Source: an uncultured cyanobacterium (GTDB lineage: Bacteria; Cyanobacteriota; Cyanobacteriia; Cyanobacteriales; Cyanobacteriaceae). Taken from it: a DNA stretch of 34,822 bases. Shown one piece after another: positions 18,892-28,074 of the stretch. Each line of letters starts with the position of its first letter. The first letter of the stretch is position 1. Under the pieces are notes generated by a model. It ran no database searches and was not told the DNA's origin. It saw only the letters and a list, made by a program, of their open reading frames with translations. Position numbers and translations under genes: made by a program. The stretch covers positions 1 to 34,822 of the forward strand of contig CAVVOP010000004.1 of the NCBI GenBank assembly GCA_963749915.1, written 5' to 3'.

Positions 18892-19812
18892 ATGGGAGAG
18901 GCAAAACGACGCAAGAAACTTGATCCTAATTATAGAAAATCTACTCCCAACAGTAATAATGATGCTATTCCAACAGAAGGAGAAATTCTGGCAGAACCAG
19001 ATTATAAGTCCTTCGTAGATGAGTATTTGAAGTATGGCTCTTCTCATTTAATTGTAAAGATCCAGGAATGGATGGAGGATAATGATCCTCCACATATTGC
19101 TTATCAAAATATAGATGGCAAACTTTTTCCCAATTTAGACAGACTAAATAAGATTACAGAGACGGTTTCTGTTTTAACCTCTAAGCAATTAAAAATATTA
19201 TCTTCAAAAGATTTAAAGGAAGGAAGATTTAATTTACGTGTGCCGTCATTACCAAGTGACTACGCAAGATATGCTCCTGTTCGTGACCATCCTGAGTTAG
19301 CCCTTGAGGGAATGCATTTATTTAATACAGGATTTTTCGACAAGGCCATTACTGAACTAATAAATAGTGATGGTGATGTTGTTAGTACCTTGAGAAAGCA
19401 TGTTGTATTAATTTATATGGGTACTAATGAAAATTATAAAATAATTGATGCTGCTTGTTCTTTAGTGAGACTCAAACCCTTCCAAATGGTTAAGTATGTG
19501 GGGGAACAGCGGCATTCTTTAGACACCAGATTTGAAAATGTCTTTAAACCATTAGTATCCAGGATCGAAGATTTTCGCATTACTCAAAAAGGAGCAAATA
19601 AATATCCCTGCTTAACATTGCTCTTTTTTATTGAGAATAAGACCAGTCGAAAATTCTGTGAGTTTAGACAACATTACACCGCTCAAGGAGGCTCTCAATT
19701 AACTATTCCTGGCTTTAACAGCCAAACACAAGACGTATCTGTTTGTCCTCCACTTAATATTTTAGGAAACCCGCTTAACATTCCCAGCATTAGGGGATTT
19801 AAGCAGAATTAA
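18892..19812 (+). CDS. Hypothetical protein with an N-terminal MGEAKRRK (DUF2839-like) motif
   Basis: ~306-aa ORF beginning MGEAKRRKKLDPNYRK. Confidence 0.7.
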   Translation: MGEAKRRKKLDPNYRKSTPNSNNDAIPTEGEILAEPDYKSFVDEYLKYGSSHLIVKIQEWMEDNDPPHIAYQNIDGKLFPNLDRLNKITETVSVLTSKQLKILSSKDLKEGRFNLRVPSLPSDYARYAPVRDHPELALEGMHLFNTGFFDKAITELINSDGDVVSTLRKHVVLIYMGTNENYKIIDAACSLVRLKPFQMVKYVGEQRHSLDTRFENVFKPLVSRIEDFRITQKGANKYPCLTLLFFIENKTSRKFCEFRQHYTAQGGSQLTIPGFNSQTQDVSVCPPLNILGNPLNIPSIRGFKQN

Positions 19813-19908
19813 GACGAGTTCAACGATTTGAACCGCTGTTATTTTACCGGGGTTTCTGCCACATTAAAACAGGAAATAATCAAAATCGGAAATTAATATC
19901 AAAAAATA

Positions 19909-20822
19909 ATGAATCAGTATCCATACAGTATTAGTCCTAGTAATTTTGATGACCTTATTACAGGACAAGTAGAGCGACCAATACCTCCTCCCCCTTCAAT
20001 ATCAAAACCGCCAGTCTTACCTAAAAAACCAGATGAACTTAAACAACCTCCTAAAAAATTCAATCTTATTACTTTAGGATTGTTGGAGTTTATATCTGCG
20101 GTTATCTCTGGTATCCTTGGATTCTCTTTAACTAGCTGGATCATTGGACTTATTATCTTTTTGGCTTTATCTTTTGGTGTAGGTGTTGTTGCTTTTTTTC
20201 AAAGAAAAAAGTATCCTCAAAGATTAAATAAATATCGTGAGATAGAAGGACAATACGAAAAAAGTATACAGCAACACTGGATTGAACTCTTTCAATGGCA
20301 ACAAGAAAAAGAAAAAAAAGAACAGGAAATGGATCTAGAGCGAATACACGAGAAGGATACTGTGAAAGACATTTCTCTGTTCATTTAATTACACATTTTA
20401 ATAAGTTTATTCATCTCAATCTCATTCTTAGAAAATATGAGGATTACCCTTATACTGCTGACTTTGCCTATATTGATGAGGTAAATAATATTTGGATTGA
20501 TATTGAGATAGATGAACCTTATTACTACATAACAAGAGAACCAACCCATTACCTAGGCGATAACAAACAAACAGCTAGAGATAATTATTTTCGGAATAGA
20601 GATTGGTTCATCATACGTTTTTCAGAAAAACAAGTAGCTCGATACCCTGAGAACTGCTGTCGTACCATAGCTGATTTTATCTCTCAAATAAGAGGATTTG
20701 ACTGCGTTCCTGATTCTCTAAGAGCCCTTTCACCTGTCTCTCCAACTCAACGTTGGACTTATGAAAATGCGATAGATATGGCTAATAATAATTACCGAGA
20801 TACTTACACAGATTGTTGTTAA
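19909..20822 (+). pseudogene. Membrane-anchored DUF559/Vsr-like PD-(D/E)xK nuclease, split by a frameshift
   Basis: ORF 1 has two TM segments and a coiled coil. The overlapping ORF 2 has ADFAYID...IDIEIDEPY...RDNYF..RDWFIIRFSEKQV. An A-rich run lies at ~20300-20322. Confidence 0.65.
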
Positions 20823-21892
20823 TTAAAAAAATGACTACTAATAAAGAATTTGATTTGTACGAGTATAACGACACAATCACACTAATGGATTTGCACAAGT
20901 ATACAGGAAAAAATATTTTTGACAGACTTAACAAAAAATACGGAAGAGAAATAACAGAGGAGGAGTGTCAAGAAATTGCACATTATAACTCCAGCTTGGA
21001 TGCTGACGACTTTTATCGGTCGGATACTCCTGACTATATTATAAAGGAGGAGAACGAAGAAGAATGGAATAACGAGCAGGAGGAACTAGGAATGATCCTT
21101 TATGACGTAGAAATGATAGCCGATTCGTTTCTCAACCAACTACCTTACGACTGGGATGAGGGAACATATTATTGGTCACATGAGGATTTAAAAAGAACTA
21201 CTGTTTTTATTGCTAAGGAGTATTTTAAGGAGTATTGCAGTAAGCATTATGCAAAAGATACGGCATGGTACATATCTATTAATTGGGATGAGACTGCGAA
21301 AATTCTATCAAAAAACTTTAACGAAATTGTAATAAACAACAATATTTATTACTACGATTCGGGTAAAGAGAAAAGTAGGCTATGGGAACTAAAAAATTTC
21401 TTTGAGTATGATAATGATAAGTCCAGTTACATAGAATTTAATTCAAAAACACTCTTAGAATATCGAGAACACATAATTTGTAATATTAACAAATTAAAAC
21501 AAGAGCATTATGAATTACGGGAGAATGAGGAGGATGAGAATGGTGATTTGAGAGCGTGCAAAATTAAAGAAGAAGTCACTAAACTGACCGATAGAATAGG
21601 GGAACTCAACAGTGCGATCGAGCAGTTAAATAATGTTTCAGGACACACATGGAAAGATGGAATTAATTTAATTGGCAAAGATGAATTTCCTCGGTACTGT
21701 GCAAGTTTGTTGTATAACAATGGAGAAATACCTAACCTACCTGAGTGTGTTGAAGAAGCAATAGATTGGGATAAAGTGGCAAGCAAAATGGTAATTGATT
21801 ATAAGGTAATAAATTTAGTGGGAATTGATTTTTATTACTATTGTTATTCAGAAACTCACCCCGATTACTCAAATTTTATTATCCCCTTTTAG
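20813..21892 (+). CDS. Acidic protein with two ArdA-like (antirestriction) repeats
   Basis: Very D/E-rich; YFKEYC...INWDETAKILSKNFNEIVINNNIYYY and EFPRYC...IDWDKVASKMVIDYKVINLVGIDFYYY. Confidence 0.6.
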   Translation: MLLIKKMTTNKEFDLYEYNDTITLMDLHKYTGKNIFDRLNKKYGREITEEECQEIAHYNSSLDADDFYRSDTPDYIIKEENEEEWNNEQEELGMILYDVEMIADSFLNQLPYDWDEGTYYWSHEDLKRTTVFIAKEYFKEYCSKHYAKDTAWYISINWDETAKILSKNFNEIVINNNIYYYDSGKEKSRLWELKNFFEYDNDKSSYIEFNSKTLLEYREHIICNINKLKQEHYELRENEEDENGDLRACKIKEEVTKLTDRIGELNSAIEQLNNVSGHTWKDGINLIGKDEFPRYCASLLYNNGEIPNLPECVEEAIDWDKVASKMVIDYKVINLVGIDFYYYCYSETHPDYSNFIIPF

Positions 21893-21911
21893 TTTTGGCT
21901 CACCAGAAAGG

Positions 21912-21942
21912 ATATTTGAAGTTTTCTAGGCACTTCAAATAT
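21912..21942. terminator. Hairpin downstream of the acidic protein gene
   Basis: ATATTTGAAGT-N9-ACTTCAAATAT, an 11-bp stem about 20 bp after the stop. Confidence 0.4.
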
Positions 21943-22378
21943 ATCAACTTATCTCATTGCAGATATATTACTACATATATTAGGTTTTAACAATACTAAC
22001 TGATATGACTAATTTTCTTCTATATTTCTTCATTTAGTAGTTGCAGAATATATGTATCAAATATTTAAATCTATCCTGTCATTCCGTTTATTGAATTAAT
22101 AGCAGTAATTTAGATAAATTTTGCCGATAATCATTAGTAGCTTGAAGTAAATCAAAATCAAGTTTATCAATATTTTCCTGATAGTTCAAATACTGATTTG
22201 TCGTTCCTTCACCATTACTATATTTAATTAAAAATACTTGAGACTGTAAATTAACTTTTTTCTTTTTCTGATTGATTAATTTAATCCTTTCCCCACTTTC
22301 TTCAATGTTTAAGAGGGCGATCGTTCGCTCGAAGTATTAGTAGAAGTACAGGAGTGCAAGCACAGTAAATATTACTTA

Positions 22379-22660
22379 CTAGTTAGACTTTGACTTGGCG
22401 TATTTTGCTAATATCCTATTTGTTTCTTCAAGATTAAATTCTTCAGGATCTAACTCTTCACCTAACCATTCAAGCATTTCTTCATACTCGGGATGCTCAG
22501 GGTCTTGGATCACTTCTAATAACTCTTGATAGCCCCATACCCCACCACAATCTTCTGGTGGACAAGCCCGTTTACCTTTGACACAGCTGGGCAGTTTTAT
22601 GTTGGGATCATAGGCAAGCTTCTTTTCTAGCACTATCTTATGACTCCAACCATCTCCAAA
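22379..22660 (-). pseudogene. Plasmid pRiA4b ORF-3 family protein, C-terminal fragment
   Basis: FGDGWSHKIVLEK...GKRACPPEDCGGVWGY; the N-terminal half is absent. Confidence 0.85.
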
Positions 22661-22664
22661 TATG

Positions 22665-23199
22665 TTACTCCTCTAGAAATGATTCTATCTTCTCTATCAA
22701 TTTACTAACTTTTTGCCATTTCTTCGGTTCTTTTTCCCACAATTTAGATTTATTAAGACCTTTTACTAAATTATTAACTCGTTGTTTCGGAGAATTTGAT
22801 TCTTCTGGCTTAGGTTGTAATTGCTTGATTCTTTCCTTGATTTCTTTGAGAGATAAATTAGATTCGATCGCTTCTGTTAATAAATTATCTTGTTGCTTTT
22901 CATCTTTTACTTTAGCAATAGCGATCCCTTTGGTGTAAGCAATTTTTCCTTGTCGTAAAGCTTTTAAAATATTTTTAGGTAAGTTGAGAATCGGTAGCCG
23001 AGTTGTAACAAATGATTCCCAACTAATAATTCCTAAAGAGCGAAAAACCGATTTAATTTGTTCTCCTTCAGAGTTACCCAAAACGTTTTGGGTAACTTTT
23101 CCTTTGGTTTCATTGTGCATTGGCTTCTGTTGTAGTTCCTAATAAAAGATCTACTCCTTTTAATTTACTAGTGTAGGGTTGCTGTTTTTTTCCTGCCAT
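22665..23199 (-). pseudogene. parB: ParB partition protein with the ParB/Srx domain deleted
   Basis: N-terminus MAGKKQQPYTSKLKGVDLLLG (ATG at 23199) is joined out of frame at ~23122 to ...SWESFVTTRLPILNLP..ALRQGKIAYTKGIAIAK; downstream of parA. Confidence 0.85.
23072..23097. repeat. Perfect 26-bp palindrome inside parB (candidate parS)
   Basis: AGTTACCCAAAAC|GTTTTGGGTAACT. Confidence 0.7.
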
Positions 23200-23299
23200 T
23201 ATACTTAAGTTTTAATGGTTGACTTTATTTGATTGATAGTTCAAAAGCTTTTTTTAATCTATCTAATTTAGAGTTTTAAAGAATCTGTATCAACTTCTG

Positions 23300-24058
23300 T
23301 TATTTCAATTTTTCTAACTGAGAACTAATTTTTTTGATTATTTTCACAGCAGGGTGTTTTGGTTTATAAACAGCTATAGGCATTCTTTGTTCAGTAGCAT
23401 CGGCAAAAGCGATCGATTTAGGAATGGGGTCAAAAACCGTTGCCAAAGGAGACAGTTGTTCTTGTATAGCTTGGTAAGTTCTACTTTCTTGAGCAGTCCG
23501 AGCATCATACATTGTAGGAACAAAACCAGCAATGGCTAAATTTTTATTAGCAGATTTGCGTAATCGAGCAATAGTATTTAACAGTAAATCAGTCCCTTGA
23601 AAAGCTTTAAATTGAGTTTGAATAGGCACTAAAACATGAGTAGCTGCTACTAAACTGATAATGGTTAGAATACCCAAACTAGGGGGACAGTCAATCAAAA
23701 TAAAATCATAGTTAGAAAGATAAGGATTAAGTGCTTCTTTTAAACGCAACTCTCGCATCAAAGCCGAAACTAATTCAATTTCTGCCCCACTTAAATTAAT
23801 ATTAGAGGGAACTAAATCCATCTGATGAATTTGAGTATGAATGGGTAAATCTTCTTCTGCTACCACTGCTTGGTAAATAGTTTTTTGCAAATCTACAGGA
23901 TCTAATCCCATAAAAGTAGTTAATGAGGCTTGAGGATCTAAATCTACTAATAAAACTTTTCGTTTTCTTTTAGCAAGAGCATAACCTAAGTTCATCGTCA
24001 GAGTGGATTTGCCGACACCACCAGATTGATTAAATAAAGTGATAACTTGACAGGACAT
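23300..24058 (-). CDS. parA: ParA/Soj partition ATPase
   Basis: [20 protein letters not shown] and [12 protein letters not shown]. Confidence 0.95.
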   Translation of the reverse strand: MSCQVITLFNQSGGVGKSTLTMNLGYALAKRKRKVLLVDLDPQASLTTFMGLDPVDLQKTIYQAVVAEEDLPIHTQIHQMDLVPSNINLSGAEIELVSALMRELRLKEALNPYLSNYDFILIDCPPSLGILTIISLVAATHVLVPIQTQFKAFQGTDLLLNTIARLRKSANKNLAIAGFVPTMYDARTAQESRTYQAIQEQLSPLATVFDPIPKSIAFADATEQRMPIAVYKPKHPAVKIIKKISSQLEKLK

Positions 24059-24127
24059 AAATTGATTTTCAGCAGAAGAGGTGATTATAGTCTATCAAAA
24101 TCAAAAAGGATTTCTCGGATTTGAGCC

Positions 24128-25150
24128 TTAAACGACTGCTGAAGTTAACATCTGAATTGTCCCTAGCTCGGCGTCAATCTCTACGGTTAAACCGACGGGG
24201 AGAGTCCATTTATCCTGAACGTGACCGAAGGCCGCACCGGACCAAGCAGGAATGCCTAAGGGTTTGAGTAAATCCCCTAAAACTTGATCTAAGGTCAATG
24301 ACGGTTCGCCATCTTCTCCTTGAGGACAATGGGTACATTGACCGAAAATAAACCCGGAGAGTTGCTCTAAAATACCTGCCAATTGGAGTTGAGTTAACAG
24401 ACGATCGAGGCGATAGACATCTTCGCCAATGTCCTCCACAAATAAAATGGCCCCCCGCCAGTCAGGAAGGTAGTCAGAACCAATCATGGCGGCTAAAACT
24501 GACAAATTACCACCCCATAAACGTCCCCTAACCTTACCACCAGTGATGGTCTTGATGGGCAACTCTGGCGGATTTTGTAAGACCATGGCCTGACCATCCA
24601 CCAAGAGGGCTTGGACATAAGTAAGAGTAAAATAATTCCAAGTCGACGTTCCTACGGGCCCATGAAAAGTGACTAAGCCCGTACGAGAAGAGATGGCCAG
24701 TAAGAGAGAAGTAATATCGCTAAAACCCATAATTATCTTCGGGTGGTGGCGGATTAACTCATAATCAAGTAGCGGCAGGATGCGATTGCAGCCCCACCCG
24801 CCTCTCAGAGTTAAAATCCCCTGAACGGAGGGATCTGCAAACATCTGATTAACATCCCCTGCACGAGCTTGATCTTTACCCGCTAGATAACCGTATTGCT
24901 CAAAGATATGCTCCCCTAACTTGACAGCAAACCCTTTGTGGGAGAGAAAATCGACTACTGATTCAACTTCTTCAGCTTTGATTTGATTGGCTGGACTAAT
25001 TAAGCCAATGAGATCCCCTGGTTGCAGGCGATGGGGTTTGACCAGAGAAGGGGAATCACCATAGCTCTCACTCACCAAGGATTTACCTAACTGAGTGCCC
25101 CATAAACCCATACCGAAGAAAGTGAGAAATTGACGGCGATCTAAAATCAT
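24128..25150 (-). CDS. LD-carboxypeptidase (peptidase S66) with a Tat signal
   Basis: DRRQFL; RGGWG, GFSDIT, GGNLS, EDIGE and FGH. Confidence 0.92.
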   Translation of the reverse strand: MILDRRQFLTFFGMGLWGTQLGKSLVSESYGDSPSLVKPHRLQPGDLIGLISPANQIKAEEVESVVDFLSHKGFAVKLGEHIFEQYGYLAGKDQARAGDVNQMFADPSVQGILTLRGGWGCNRILPLLDYELIRHHPKIIMGFSDITSLLLAISSRTGLVTFHGPVGTSTWNYFTLTYVQALLVDGQAMVLQNPPELPIKTITGGKVRGRLWGGNLSVLAAMIGSDYLPDWRGAILFVEDIGEDVYRLDRLLTQLQLAGILEQLSGFIFGQCTHCPQGEDGEPSLTLDQVLGDLLKPLGIPAWSGAAFGHVQDKWTLPVGLTVEIDAELGTIQMLTSAVV

Positions 25151-25297
25151 TGAGAACTAGTGCTTCGGCAACTTAATCTTCATAGACTGGTGAGAATAAT
25201 TATAGAACCAAATGCCGAGTGGTACTCAAATTCTGTTTTCCTTTGGTTTGAAGATCCCACTCCCAATACTGCTCAGCTTTTTTACCATTGCTGATGA

Positions 25298-25813
25298 TTA
25301 CTTATGAATAATCACAGGTGTGTTCAGCGAAGTCCAATGAAAGAGCCATTGTGCCTGGTCAACGGGGACATTGATACAACCATGACTGACCGGAGTGCCA
25401 AAACGATTATGCCAATAGGCTCCATGTATAGCATAACCTCGGTGATAATACATCGCATAGGGAACATCAGGAACATCATAATCACTTCCTTGCATACGAT
25501 CAAGGGAGCGTTTGGATTGGATGGCAAAAACCCCAGGAATTGTTGGTGTTTCTTTTTTTCCGGTGGAGACCATCACACTGTAAATGGGTTGATCTCCTTC
25601 CCAAGCAGTTAAACGTTGCCTTGATAAATCAATTTCGAGCCAGCGTTGTTGGCTATCTTTCAGGGCAATTATTTCTTGAGCAATGGGGGCGGAAATTCCT
25701 TGGGCAAGGGCAACCGTTGAATTAACCGTAAAATTGCCCATCACCATTGAGAGTACAATTATGACCGAGAAAATCCCCTTGCCATTAAATTGAGTTAATT
25801 TTTGGCGTTCCAT
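25298..25813 (-). CDS. L,D-transpeptidase (YkuD family)
   Basis: IDLSRQRL, VSTGK and AIHGAYWHNRFGTPVSHGCIN. Confidence 0.93.
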   Translation of the reverse strand: MERQKLTQFNGKGIFSVIIVLSMVMGNFTVNSTVALAQGISAPIAQEIIALKDSQQRWLEIDLSRQRLTAWEGDQPIYSVMVSTGKKETPTIPGVFAIQSKRSLDRMQGSDYDVPDVPYAMYYHRGYAIHGAYWHNRFGTPVSHGCINVPVDQAQWLFHWTSLNTPVIIHK

Positions 25814-25975
25814 AAGACCACCTCCCTTTTTTTCTCCAGTTCCTAAATCAGCTGGAGAATCATTTATTTTCCATTAAAGAGGCTTGACTATCTAGAGCTT
25901 GCTCAAAATGAAAACCACAAAAATGCGTAATACGCTTATAACTATTCTTCGATAAAGTGTTCTTTATTCCCTACT

Positions 25976-27604
25976 TCAATTATACTGTGAAAAGCTAAAA
26001 GTCTGATTCAGCAGGCATTTTTGTAATTGAGGCAGCCTCCCGAGAAAGCCCACCGTAGCCATCAGGGACTGATTAATTTTTTCTAGGAGCAACACCGCCT
26101 GGTCTTGAAAATCCTTGAGCTGCTGGGGGGTAATTTCCCCTAGAGGCAGTTTGACATAATTGTCCAAGGTTTGCAGCTGAATCTGAACCGTATTGAGGGG
26201 CTTGAGCAATCCTTCCCGTAAAATGTCGATAAATTGCGAGAATAGCCCGAGTTTCTCTTGCTGGAGTAGTTCCTGCTGAGCCTGTTCCAATTCCTGCTTT
26301 TTCGCTGCCACTTGGTGTTCCAAGGTCTCGTTAAGCTGTCGCAGACTCTGATTAGCTACTCGCAGTTGTCGGTTGGCTCGGGACAGTTTTTGCTGGTCGA
26401 AGCTGAACTGACTGGCTAGGGATGAGAGCCAAATCCCCAGCAGGGGGGGAACTAGCGGTAACCACCAGGAATGGAGAAAGGCCAGGAAAGTAATGGCTAC
26501 GGTCACCGCACTCAGGAAGCTAGCTAGCATAATTGTCCCCGCCAGCCCTGAAGAAAACCGCCTCAGCCGCCAGAGGAGCAGGGGAGACAGGCTGCACCAA
26601 GCCACCGTCCACAGTCCCGAGGAAAGCCAGCTCCAAGTTTTCATCAGGGGACGCCCGTCGAGGACGGCACTGAGAATTTGAGAAGCCGCCTGGGCCTGGA
26701 GGTCGATGCCCCGCACGAAGCGTCCTGAATACTTCGTGAAAGGAGACTCATGGAAATCATTGAAGGAGGCTCCGCTGACGCCAATGAGGACGATGCGCTC
26801 TCGGAAGAGGTCGGGGGCAATCTGGCCGTCGATGACTTGAAAAAAGCCGACTTGCTTGAAGGATTGGGGTGGCTTGCGCCAGTTGAGCAGGATTTGGTAG
26901 CTGCCTGCGTCGGCCCGGACATAGCCGCCATCGTTAGCTTCAAAATGGGGGAAATGTACCCTGCCCAGTTGTAACCAAGCGTTATTGCGGTCGCTGTTGC
27001 GCCCTTCGATCCCCTCGGCTTGGAGGTAGAGATAGGCCAATTGGAGAGCTAAGTTAGGAATCGCCGCTTCGGGATTGCTGGTGTCGGAGATGGGGTAGAG
27101 GTAAACCCGGCGGTTGACGCCATCCCGGTCAGAAATCCCCGAGACATCTCCGTACTGTTGTTTTTCGGCCAAAATGGGCGGCGGCGGCACTCTCCCCGGA
27201 GTTAGTTTGGCAATACCCATCAGGTTGGGGGTCGTCTGAAAAATTTCCCTTAATTCCCCTTCTCCCGGCGGCACCCGACGGTCGCGAAAGATGTCTAGAC
27301 CAATGGCCCGCGGTTGTTGAGCTCGGATCTCAGTTAGCAGTTGGGCGTAGAGGCGATCGCTAAAAGGATAAGTCCCTGCCCGCTGGACATCTTCTTCCTG
27401 GATGGCCACCAGAACGATGCGCTCGTCCACTGGCTCGGACGGACGCCATTGTAGGTAACGATCGTAGGCGGCCCATTCCCCAATCTGCAAGGCACCAGTA
27501 AAGCGCAGTAAAAGAACAAAAATACTAGTGAACAGACTGATTTTTAAGGGCAGCCCAGATTGGCGAAGGGAAATAAGGATTTTAGGGAACATCAGGAACG
27601 ACAA
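25976..27604 (-). CDS. CHASE2-domain transmembrane sensor with a degenerate output domain
   Basis: DERIVLVAI, PRAIGLDIFRD, IVLIG, three TM helices and a coiled coil; no complete kinase domain. Confidence 0.88.
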   Translation of the reverse strand: MSFLMFPKILISLRQSGLPLKISLFTSIFVLLLRFTGALQIGEWAAYDRYLQWRPSEPVDERIVLVAIQEEDVQRAGTYPFSDRLYAQLLTEIRAQQPRAIGLDIFRDRRVPPGEGELREIFQTTPNLMGIAKLTPGRVPPPPILAEKQQYGDVSGISDRDGVNRRVYLYPISDTSNPEAAIPNLALQLAYLYLQAEGIEGRNSDRNNAWLQLGRVHFPHFEANDGGYVRADAGSYQILLNWRKPPQSFKQVGFFQVIDGQIAPDLFRERIVLIGVSGASFNDFHESPFTKYSGRFVRGIDLQAQAASQILSAVLDGRPLMKTWSWLSSGLWTVAWCSLSPLLLWRLRRFSSGLAGTIMLASFLSAVTVAITFLAFLHSWWLPLVPPLLGIWLSSLASQFSFDQQKLSRANRQLRVANQSLRQLNETLEHQVAAKKQELEQAQQELLQQEKLGLFSQFIDILREGLLKPLNTVQIQLQTLDNYVKLPLGEITPQQLKDFQDQAVLLLEKINQSLMATVGFLGRLPQLQKCLLNQTFSFSQYN

Positions 27605-28031
27605 GCACTCGTAAACTTTTGTGGGTGCTGGGACGTTCCCGATTACAGAGGAGACTGGCGGTGAGGATATACTGACGGCCAGATTCTAATGGGGGAACTA
27701 CTTCCAGCTTAGTTTCTCCCACGACCTCATAGGTCTGGCGGAAAACTTGGTGCCAGCTAGTGGTTTCGACCAAGCTCACCAGCACTTCCTGGGTGGGTTG
27801 TACCGGGGGTGGAATGACCTCTAATTGCAGTACGGGAGCCAAGGAATTGACCACCAAGTTGTTCTGGGAGGAGGTTTTTAAGAAAATATTACCTAAAGGG
27901 AAGGGACAGCCCCTTGTGCCTTGGGCACGGCTTTGTTTTCCTTCCCTGTCCTCCGACTGCCGGAATTTAGCCCAGGCAATGGCTGGGTTGAATTGTAACC
28001 AGAGGAAAATGATTAACCAGAAAATTTTCAT
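27582..28031 (-). CDS. DUF928-like secreted protein
   Basis: Signal peptide, GTRGC and PPLESGRQY...LLCNRERPS; directly upstream of the CHASE2 gene. Confidence 0.7.
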   Translation of the reverse strand: MKIFWLIIFLWLQFNPAIAWAKFRQSEDREGKQSRAQGTRGCPFPLGNIFLKTSSQNNLVVNSLAPVLQLEVIPPPVQPTQEVLVSLVETTSWHQVFRQTYEVVGETKLEVVPPLESGRQYILTASLLCNRERPSTHKSLRVLVVPDVP

Positions 28032-28074
28032 AAAATTGCTTTTTTTTCGCAGCACCAATAAAATTATTTTTATC

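Noticed and set aside
22060..22300. AT-rich minus-strand coding-like stretch
   Set aside because: No clear start or recognisable motif.
27760..28074. N-terminal extension of the 448-aa ORF
   Set aside because: It overlaps DUF928 on the opposite strand; the signal-peptide-like start at 28075 fits better.
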